This document shows positions 1 through 8,200 of a stretch of 20,000 nucleotides of DNA, piece after piece; the first letter of the stretch is position 1; the number at the start of each line of letters is the position of its first letter. Location: positions 52,719 through 72,718 of the forward strand of contig JWZX01003143.1 of assembly GCA_001275005.1 (NCBI GenBank), read 5' to 3'. This stretch comes from Chrysochromulina tobinii (lineage: Eukaryota). The notes under the pieces are model-generated. The model was not told the origin of the DNA, ran no database searches, and saw only the letters and a program-made list of their open reading frames with translations. The position numbers were made by a program, and so were the translations under genes.

Positions 1-2880
1 CTCCACTCGACGCCGGCTGCTGCCGGGGGACTTAGCCCTGCCGTCATCCGGCCCGACCACGCTGACGATGCTGTTGTCCGCGGCGCCACGGCCGCGACGC
101 GACGCAGGTGAAGCGGATCTGGCGCGGTCACGCCTTTCTGGCGAGGCGGCCCTGGAACGCTCGCGTCGCTCCGAGAGGTCCGCCGCGGCCTCGCGCAGCG
201 CACGTTGCATCGCCGACTGCAGCACGGCAGGGGAGGCGTCGACGCCGTGAGCGTAGACGGCCTCTCGAGCGGCCGCGAGCTCAGGCGAGATTGAGGGCGA
301 GCGCGCGCAAGATCGCGGCGGCGAGGGCGGGGGGCCTGGGAGGCTAGGCCCTGGGAGACTCCTCGCGAGATGAATGTCGGCCGCCCCTCTCGCCGCCCTC
401 GCCGCTGCCGCGGTGGCGGCGGCGGCGGCCCTCGAGGCCCGGTCAGCCTCCATCTCGGCAGCCGTCATCGCCCCACCCTCGCGGTAGGGTCGACGAGTCG
501 ACCCCGGCGTCGGCGGCGGCGCATAGATCTCTACCGGCACCTGCTGCGTCGGCCGCGGTGGCACGAAATAGGAGCGCCCACGGCCAGTGTGGCTGCCAGT
601 GTGGCTGCCAGTGTGGCTGCCAGTGTGGCTGCCAGTGTGGCTGCCAGTGTGGCTGCCAGTGTGGCTGCCACCGAGCTCGCCACCTCGAGATCGCAGGTAG
701 GTCGCCCGATCTCGTCGGATCTGCCGTCGCATCTCGACGCTCGCGGCGTTGTGGTGCAGCCGCGCACTCGCAAGACGATCACTCGTCGGCCCGCTGCTCG
801 CGGGGGCGATGCGCGTGAGGTCGTATCCGCCGCCAACACGTGGTGGCAACTCCCTACGCAGCTGCGGCTCTGTACCGGTCGCGTAGTGGAGCGCCATGCC
901 GAGCGGCTCGACGATGCCGTTGGCATCGTGCGTGCGGTAGGGGACATACGTCTCGACTGGCACATGGCTCGACGACGAGATGGACGCTGCTGCAGCGGAG
1001 ACCGCCTCTCGCGCCGCCTCGCGTGCGGCCGCCGCGTGCGCCGCCGCGCCTCGTGCCATCGAGCGATGAACAGGAGGCCACGCGGAGGAGGCCTCGGTGA
1101 CACGAAGTCCATCGTCGTCGGGCCGCGCGTGCGCGGGCGGGGGGCGTGGCAGCTGCGAATCCCGCGGGGAAGTTGAGCGCTGCACGCGCTGCTGCGGGCG
1201 CGGCGACGATGCCACCGGCGCGTCTGACGCCGGCGCGTGCGCACGGCTGGACCCCGTGGCATACCTCAGCTCTTGCATCGATGTCCCCACAGACTCGTCG
1301 GAGGGCGCGATAGCCTCGGGCAATGGGAGCGCCGCGTCGGGTGGAGAGCCGCCGGGCGACGGGGCCGAGGAGAGTGACGAAACGCCGCCGCCGCCGCCGC
1401 GGCGCGCAGACATGGACGCGAGGTACGGTGGCGGCGGCGGAGCGGCGGCCGCCGCATCGAGCGCACGTACGCAGGCGATCCCACCGTCGGCTGAGTCGAC
1501 CGCGCGCCAGTAGCCGCCGCGCTCTTGGATGTCATGGATGAGACGGTTGAACTCGTACAAGTCCAATTTGCCGTCGGGTCGCACCTCGTACGCTGCGATG
1601 ATACGTGCCGTCGCGCTCGCGGACAAGTCCATCCCGTAGTGCTGCAGCGCGTCGCGCAGCTCGCGGTAGTCGAGGAAGCCAGAGATGTCGCGGTCAAAGT
1701 GCTCAAACGCCGCCACCACGCGTGCCGGCACAAGCGACCTCGACGGCGGCTCGAGGTGCGGTCGAGATGGCTCGAGATTCGGTCGAGATGGCTCGAGGTG
1801 CGGCCGGAGCGGCGGCGGCCTGGGCGGGGGTGGCGGCGGGCGCCAAGGCTCGCGGGCGCCGTGTCCGCCACCGTCAGCCCCGCTGTTGTCGCCCCAGACG
1901 TCGTCGCCCCAAAGATCGTCCAGAGCCTGGCCTTGCGGCGGCAGCGCGGGCGGCGAGAGCAGCGGCGGTGGCAGCGGCGGGCCGCCACCAACCCGACGCT
2001 CCGCAAACTTGTACGCGGAGACAAGATCGTGGATATGGATGGCACGCTGGCGCGCCTCGGGCAGCAGCCCAAGCTCGTCGGCGACCCAGCCGCTCAGCTC
2101 GCGAGCGAACGACTCGTCGCTGCGCGCACGCAGCAGCGGCGCGAGCGTTCGCAAGAGCTCGACGGCACCGCGGTGCTGAGAAATCGCCTCGGCGTGAAGG
2201 CACTTGATCGCGAGCTGGGTGACAAAGTGCACGTCCGTCTCGGGCAAGTGTACGCCCACGAGCTGCGTGGCGCGCGAGAGCGGCGCGAGCGCCTCCGCGG
2301 GCGGCGGGTCGCCTAGCTTGGTGAGCACCTTGAGCAGCGCGCGCATTGTTGGGAGCATCGCCTCCGCGCGCAGCATGTCGGACGGCAGCTCGAGCATCAC
2401 GCGATGCACGGCCAGCAGGCAGAAGCGCGAGCGCACCGAGCCGGGGTTGGCCGCCGCCGCGCCGCCAATGATCGGCGCTACGAGCGAGCGCAGCGCATCC
2501 GCCGAGACCGGAAGCCCTGTTGCATGGGTTGCCAGCGCATACCGCGCAAGGTTGCCGACAGTGCGCAACAGCTCTTCGTCGACAACTGGCACCTGGCCGC
2601 CGAACAGGGCGACCATTCGGCGCGATACCTCGGGCAGTCGCGGCAGCAGCGCGTTGCCGTGCATGATCGCTCCATAGGAGACGAGCCGGCAGCGCTCCCT
2701 CTTGATCGGCGCCGCCTCCTCGGGGCCGAGCGTGTCCATTCTGGTCCAATCGAGGAGCGCGCAGATGGCATCGACGGCCGCATCAGCATCAAGCGTGTCG
2801 ATCAACGCTCGAGCCTGGTCGAGCACGTCTTCGTTGGGAGCGGTTGTAAGTGAATCGATGAGGCTTGCCAGCTCCTCCAT
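1..2880 (-). CDS. Large protein (>=960 aa, 3' end outside window): N-terminal HEAT-like helical region (TORTIFOLIA1/SPIRAL2-like), Pro-rich linker, EF-hand pair, long disordered Ala/Pro/Arg/Ser region
   Basis: Manual translation from ATG at 2880 (context ACAATGG) gives MEELASLIDSLTTAPNEDVLDQARALIDTL... with no stop through position 1 (960 codons). The ORF track omits it because there is no stop in the window. It contains AAFEHFDRDISGFLDYRELRDALQHYGMDLSASATARIIAAYEVRPDGKLDLYEFNRLIHDIQ. The HEAT/TOR1 assignment is from remembered similarity only. Confidence 0.85.
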   Translation of the reverse strand, partial: MEELASLIDSLTTAPNEDVLDQARALIDTLDADAAVDAICALLDWTRMDTLGPEEAAPIKRERCRLVSYGAIMHGNALLPRLPEVSRRMVALFGGQVPVVDEELLRTVGNLARYALATHATGLPVSADALRSLVAPIIGGAAAANPGSVRSRFCLLAVHRVMLELPSDMLRAEAMLPTMRALLKVLTKLGDPPPAEALAPLSRATQLVGVHLPETDVHFVTQLAIKCLHAEAISQHRGAVELLRTLAPLLRARSDESFARELSGWVADELGLLPEARQRAIHIHDLVSAYKFAERRVGGGPPLPPPLLSPPALPPQGQALDDLWGDDVWGDNSGADGGGHGAREPWRPPPPPPRPPPLRPHLEPSRPNLEPSRPHLEPPSRSLVPARVVAAFEHFDRDISGFLDYRELRDALQHYGMDLSASATARIIAAYEVRPDGKLDLYEFNRLIHDIQERGGYWRAVDSADGGIACVRALDAAAAAPPPPPYLASMSARRGGGGGVSSLSSAPSPGGSPPDAALPLPEAIAPSDESVGTSMQELRYATGSSRAHAPASDAPVASSPRPQQRVQRSTSPRDSQLPRPPPAHARPDDDGLRVTEASSAWPPVHRSMARGAAAHAAAAREAAREAVSAAAASISSSSHVPVETYVPYRTHDANGIVEPLGMALHYATGTEPQLRRELPPRVGGGYDLTRIAPASSGPTSDRLASARLHHNAASVEMRRQIRRDRATYLRSRGGELGGSHTGSHTGSHTGSHTGSHTGSHTGSHTGRGRSYFVPPRPTQQVPVEIYAPPPTPGSTRRPYREGGAMTAAEMEADRASRAAAAATAAAARAARGAADIHLARSLPGPSLPGPPPSPPRSCARSPSISPELAAAREAVYAHGVDASPAVLQSAMQRALREAAADLSERRERSRAASPERRDRARSASPASRRGRGAADNSIVSVVGPDDGRAKSPGSSRRRVE
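583..670 (-). repeat. Perfect 12-bp tandem repeat (GCCAGTGTGGCT)x7 plus 4 bp; encodes (GSHT)7 in the frame of the 2880 ORF
   Basis: Read directly; minus-strand codons are GGC AGC CAC ACT. Confidence 0.95.
1525..1710 (-). other. EF-hand pair within the 2880 ORF
   Basis: Canonical loop DRDISGFLDYRE at 1695-1660; second, degenerate loop EVRPDGKLDLYE; typical flanking helices. Confidence 0.85.
1748..1803 (-). repeat. 21-bp imperfect tandem repeat (~2.7 copies) encoding PHLEPSR/PNLEPSR/PHLEP
   Basis: GGCTCGAGGTGCGGTCGAGAT / GGCTCGAGATTCGGTCGAGAT / GGCTCGAGGTGCGG on the + strand. Confidence 0.85.
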
Positions 2881-3113
2881 TGTAGCGGAGCGTAGTACTT
2901 CGGGCGCGGTTCGGGCTTCGTGGCGCGGAAAGCGCTTGTCGAGAGAATGAAGCGGCCAATCAAGTTTGAAAAAGTTCTTCTTCCTTCGGGACTCGAACAC
3001 GATTTTGACCTCTTGATGGACTGCAGCGTTGGTGAAGGCGCGTTCGTAACTACAGTCCCACGTTCGAGCCCCCGTCCCCCGGCGTCTTTTTACCGGTCTG
3101 GCTCGTGGTCACA
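2881..3113. promoter_or_regulatory. Probable bidirectional promoter (233 bp between divergent ATGs)
   Basis: Lower-GC spacer between head-to-head start codons at 2880(-) and 3114(+), both in an ACAATGG context. Confidence 0.55.
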
Positions 3114-3730
3114 ATGGCCGATGAGCCTGAGCCAGCTATCCCGGCCGACCCGGAACTCGTGAAGCGGATCACGATGCTTGCTGAGCGTGTAGCGAAGAAG
3201 CCAGATTTTGAGTCTATAATGCGTGAGAAGCAGGGGTCCGATCCTGACTGGGCCTTTCTCAACGATGGCGAGGGCGCGGACTTCTACGAGTCCGAGAAGC
3301 TCCGGCATCAACAGATGCTCGCGGCGCAGATGCGGGAGCAGTTTGCCGCAGCGCCCCCCGACCTCGCGCGCCCCGACCTCGTCATGCGACCTCCGCCTGG
3401 CTCAACGGGGTACCCGGTGCCGCCGCCTGGCCCAAGACCGCCTCCCGGCCCACTTCCTGCCTACGGTGTCAGTGCCGGCTACGGTGGACCGTCGCCGGGC
3501 AATGGAGGATCGGCGCCCAGCTACGGAGGGGGTGGAGGCGGCGGTCGTTCGGGTTACCGGCGTGCCGATGACGGCATGGGGCGTGTGGACGAGGCACGGG
3601 TCGAGCAGCTGCTCGTCGAGCGCGAGGGCTACCGGCGGCAGCGCGACTATGAAAACGGCGACCGCATCAAGATGTCGCTGACCGCCATGGGCGTGCGCAT
3701 CGACGATAAGGAGAAGACCTGGTCACTCTC

Positions 3731-3780
<50 letters not shown>

Positions 3781-3856
3781 GCTACGGCGGTGCCCCTGGC
3801 GGCTACGGCGCGGTCGGCAGCTATGGCGGTGCTGGTGGCAGCTATGGCGGTGCGTT

Positions 3857-3890
<34 letters not shown>

Positions 3891-4740
3891 CATGAGTATA
3901 CTCGCGAGCCCGGAGATTACGCGCCGATCGACGTGGCCCGGGTCGATGAGCTGCTCAATCAGCGCATCGCCGCCAAGAGGGCACGCGACTTCAACAATGC
4001 GGATACGCTACGCGACACGCTGAAGGCCATGGGCGTTGAGATCAATGACCGCGAGAAGACTTGGCGGGTCGGTCGTGGCGGCGGCGGCGGCGGCGCCGCC
4101 GCCCCCCCCGCCGGCGGCGACCGAAACTCGTTCCGACGTGATGACGACGGCTCGGTACCGGTCGACGCGGTCAAGGTCACGGGCTTGATCGCCCAGCGGC
4201 AGCAAGCCAAGATGGGCCGAGACTTCGCAACGGCCGACTCGATCCGCGAAGTGCTCCGCGGGATGAATGTGATCCTCAACGATGAAGAGCGCACATGGAA
4301 GATGCGGGGGGGCGGGGGCCGCCAGAGGAGCTCCACCACCGCCAGCCACGTATGGCGGCGGAGGCAGCAGCGGCGGCTTCAGTGGTGGTGGTGGAAACGG
4401 CGGCTTCGGTGGTGGTGGTGGCGGCGGCGGCGGCGGCTATGGCGACCGCGGCTACGGCGGCGATCGCGGCGCCGACCGCGGCGCCGACCGCGGCTACGGC
4501 GGCGATCGCGGCGGCGATCGCGGCGGCGGCGGGGGTGCTTTCGGCGGTGGAGGCGGTGGAAGCGGCTACGGAGGCGGGAGCCAAAGGCGCAAGAACACTG
4601 AGGAGGATTTTGGCGACTTCAGCTCAATGCGCCGGCAACGACAGGATCGCGACGACGACCGCGACGGGCGACGACGGGATGACGACCGCGACCGCGACCG
4701 CGACCGCGACGACCGTCGCGGCGGAAGCAAGTTCTCTTAG
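3114..4740 (+). CDS. Putative RNA-binding/splicing-associated protein (~541 aa if the frameshift is corrected): SURP/SWAP domain, Pro-rich segment, three CysRS C-terminal-like repeats, Gly-rich and Arg-Asp tail
   Basis: ATG at 3114 (ACAATGG). SURP-like ELVKRITMLAERVAKKPDFESIMREKQGSDPDWAFLNDGEGADFYE at ~3153-3291. The frame shifts +1 near 4306-4318 into the 4282..4740 ORF (GGYGDRGYGGDR...RDDDRDRDRDRDDRRGGSKFS*), whose composition matches the upstream Gly-rich linkers. Confidence 0.8.
3555..4298 (+). repeat. Three 56-aa repeats (3555-3722, 3897-4064, 4131-4298) resembling the C-terminal helical anticodon-binding region of cysteinyl-tRNA synthetase
   Basis: Shared pattern (Y/F)xR...(V/I)D...V..L(L/I)..R....RD(F/Y)..(A/G)D.(I/L)...L..MxV...D.E(K/R)TW, compared with the remembered CysRS tail I..LI..R..AR..KDF..AD.IRD.L...G(I/V).LED....T.W. 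Each copy is 168 nt. Confidence 0.75.
3732..3890 (+). repeat. (GGC)13 at 3732-3770 and (GGC)11 at 3858-3890, encoding poly-Gly
   Basis: Read directly. Confidence 0.95.
4684..4710 (+). repeat. (GACCGC)4 encoding an Asp-Arg dipeptide tract
   Basis: Read directly; in frame with the 4282..4740 ORF. Confidence 0.9.
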
Positions 4741-5275
4741 CTAAAGAGACGTTCGGCGTGACGCTCGGACCACGCAAAGAGAAACAACGTGTGAGGCCGC
4801 ACACAACAGGGCCATGGGCGGTGCTGAGGCGCCAGGATGAACGGATTGGAAGAAAGCACAACGCCGACGCGAAGTCATGTTCGTGTGGTAATCATGGTGG
4901 TACCGCATACAGCCTGCTGTGCTCGGGCGGCGGCCGTCGGGGCTTGGGGGAAGTACCGCGCTGTGAATCGGGGGGCGGGCACGGGGCAGCACACACGGCA
5001 TTATCGATCAAAAAACTTCAACGTTATTCAGGGAATCTGCAATCCCCCAGGGCGCCGTTTTTTAACTACACGAAACCGGTGCGCGCAAACGGACGTTGAC
5101 CGGATAACGCAGTATAACGTGACGGCTGACGCGTCGGTGCGGTGTGACGGTATAGGGACGTCAAACACATGCTAAGGATGGAGAACTAAGTCTCTAAGTG
5201 CTCTAAAACCGGCCGTCTAAAACCGGGAGAAACGGACCCCCCCTATAAGTGGCGCGACGAACGTCGCTACGAAGT

Positions 5276-8200
5276 CTAGGAGCGTGGCCGGCTCGTTGGT
5301 GGTTTCTTGCCGGTGGGCTGCTCCTTGGTCGCTCGAGGTGTTCCCTTCGGGATCGCCGAGGCAGACGCAGAGCCCTGAGCGGTTTCAGAGGAACTCTTCG
5401 GAGACACCATCCGTGGCGATTGTACGGACCGTGGCGACGGATCCTTATACGAATTCTCCATGCTGCCTTTGATGGCGCCTTTCTTCTTGGGAGGCGCCGC
5501 TTTGTCGCTCCTCTCCACGGGAGGCGAAGGGGTCCGACCGAGGAAGGATTCACCTCTCACCACGGGAGCTGGAAGTGCATTTGTGTCTGCATCCTCGGCC
5601 CCATTGTCCCATTCAGCAGCCGCTGCAGGAGCCTCGGCCAATGCCTCCGTTGGTTTCTCGTCCTTCTGCTCCTTCTTCTGGCGTGCAGACTTTGGTTCCT
5701 TTTTTTGAGGACCCGCGAACGCATCTGCTGCGGCAGCCGCAGCTGCTGCGGCAAGCGCTGCATCTTCCTCCGGGGTCCGCGTTCTGCGGGCCGGCGGATT
5801 AGGATCGACACGAAGGTGATCAGGACGCACAAATCCGCCGAAGTCGGCGGGACATTCGAACAAGCGACGTCCCTTGACCGCGCCATCATTTTTCCCCACT
5901 TGGAGGTCATATAGCACTCCCACCCAATAGCCAGGCGCTATCTCAGGAATCTTGCCGACGTAGCGTACCTCGGCCAGCCGGCCGCCAGGGTCAACGACCA
6001 CACGCTCGCCGATCTTGAATTTCCTGGCGATGTCAGCCATGTGCTCGTCGTTGATTTGTACTTTTTGCGGAACTTGGCTCATCATCCACACAGCCGGATT
6101 AGCCGCGAGCTCCGCATGGTAGCGCATCAGCCTCGGCGAAGGCGGCGCCTCGGCCATGCTCTCAGTCGGATCGGGATAACCGAGGAGCTTGAGAATCTCG
6201 ATGGATTGGTTGCGCAACCAGTTGGCGGGCCCAAGTGCAATCGACATCAGGGGCCCGGGTCCTCCCACAGTTTTGATTACCTCTCGCCCTGCCTCGTCAT
6301 TGGCCAGGCAGACCAGCGTTGCAGCAGCGAAGCCCTGAGTTTCGCTCTCAAAGTCCCGCAGCAACTCGACGAGCCGTTCGACAGCTCCTTCGGCGTCGAT
6401 GATCATCTGCCTGTTCCGGGAATCCTGAGCCAAACCCCACAGTGCGCAGGTCGCATGCTTCTGCGCTGACGTCGAGCCCTCAGACATCAGAACGACCAGC
6501 GGAGCAATCGCACCCTCTTGAAAGATGAGCTTACGATTGGCCATCTGGCTTCGTGCGAGCTCGGAGAGCACGGCAGCCGCCGATTCCTTCGACTCCGCGA
6601 GAGAGCGCCGATCCTGCTCATTCGATTCTGGCTCCTCGCCGCCTTTGAGCCCTTCATTTGGCTCAGGGGCGACGGATTTTTTCAGGAGAGCTACGAGCGG
6701 TGGGATGCCGCCTGCCTCAACGATCGCACTTTTGTTTTCAGCCGAAGTGGCAACTTGCCACAGAGCGTTCGCGGCATGGCGCTGCCCGTCCACGGTGCCT
6801 GTGCTCAACATTGCCACAAAGCGCACGATGCCGCCTTTCCTCACGATCTCGTCCTTATTTTCGGCACTCGCGGAGAGATGGCGCAACGCGCAAGCAGCAT
6901 AGGTCTGTGCATCTTCGCACGAGCTGTTGAGCATCGTGACGAGAGGCGCAATTCCACCAGCCCTGGGTATCTCGACCTTCGATTCGGCCAGCCGTGCCAG
7001 ATCGGCAAGCACAGCCGCCGCACGCTCTGGAGGAGTGTTCTTATCCGCACGCTGCCCATTGCCAAGTAGTCCGACGATTGGCTCAATGCCACCAGCCTGC
7101 ACGATCGCCGTGCGGTTCATCAAAGTGCGACCAGACAGGACCGCAAGTGCCTGTGCTGACTTGAGCTGCGCCGCCGTGTTTTTGCCCTGGAGCACGCCGA
7201 CGAGACGCTTAACTACTGTGCCCAAGCATACGGGGATGCTTGCCATGCAGATGAGCGCGTTCATAGCTGATTCTTGAGTCTCGCTTTGTTCTGATCCCAG
7301 AAGGGCGGTCAAGGGGGAATGGGCGGCCTCCTGATGAAGAGCGGCTTGGATTTCGGTGACGTCAGACGCTAGCAGCGCCAACGCCGTCGTGACGTACCGC
7401 TGCGCAAGGGCGCTGCTGTTCGAAAGTAACGCAACCAAAGGTGGGATGCCGCCCGCTCGCAGAATCAGCAGCTTGTTGTCTTTGTCAGGCGAAATTGCAG
7501 CAATTGCCTTCGATGCATTTTCTTTGCATTCGCGCCGCTCATCAGCCGAAAGAAGCTCAACCAGAAGTGGGATGCCACCCGCTGCAGCCACCTTAGCCTG
7601 GTTGGCGGGCACGTTGAGCGCGAGCGTTGCAAGTGCTTCCGCTGCTATTATGTGAGACTCGAGCTGGCCCTGGTCTGCTGATGCTGAGCCGGATGGCTTG
7701 CTGATGCTGGCGCTGCTCCTGAGCATCTCGACTAACGGCGGAATAGCTCCGGCTTCAGCAATGCGCACCTGCAGCCCCTCGTGCTCGCGAGCGATGGCTG
7801 CTAGAGCTCGGGCTGCGCTATCAACAAGAATGCTCTTGTCAGCGCATTGAAACCATGCGACCAAGTGCGGAATAGCCCCAGCCTTGGCGATGAGCTCTTG
7901 CGTCTCCGAACTTCGAACAGCCATCCGGCCAAGGCCGAGAGCTGCCTGCTTCTTGGAACCAATATTGCTATTTGGTCCGCTGAGCAGCGCGACCATCTGG
8001 ACGATCCCCGACCGCTGGATGATCTGTTCATCATTACCTGCGTCAATGCAAAGGCATGCCAGCACCATTGCTGCATGCTCCTGTGAATCCGCACTCAGCT
8101 GTCCCTTGCTCATGGACTCGATGAGGGCCGGAATGCAGCCGAGTGTTGCCATATCTTTGCACCGAGAGGCATCTGTGATCATCGACAGACTCCACAGCGA

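Noticed and set aside
558..818. (CGCQ)n Cys-rich, metallothionein-like ORF
   Set aside because: Antisense reading of the 12-bp repeat; the supported coding frame gives (GSHT)7.
583..1803. CRISPR array or transposon interpretation of the tandem repeats
   Set aside because: Units are contiguous without spacers and lie in coding sequence; no cas or transposase gene is present.
68..2950. Many overlapping Arg/Ala/Gly-rich ORFs on both strands (e.g. 370..1176+, 531..1262-, 1266..2072-, 1525..2316+, 1874..2749-)
   Set aside because: Shadow frames of the real minus-strand ORF from 2880 in very GC-rich DNA; no recognisable domains.
3555..4298. Annotation as cysteinyl-tRNA synthetase
   Set aside because: No catalytic domain or HIGH/KMSKS motifs; only the C-terminal-like module is present.
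4320..4601. Arg/Trp-rich C-terminus of the 498-aa ORF as a real domain
   Set aside because: Out-of-frame reading of GGC/GGT glycine codons after the frameshift.
5184..5226. Short CTAAG and TCTAAAACCGG direct repeats in the convergent intergenic region
   Set aside because: Too short and too few to distinguish from local slippage; no function supportable.
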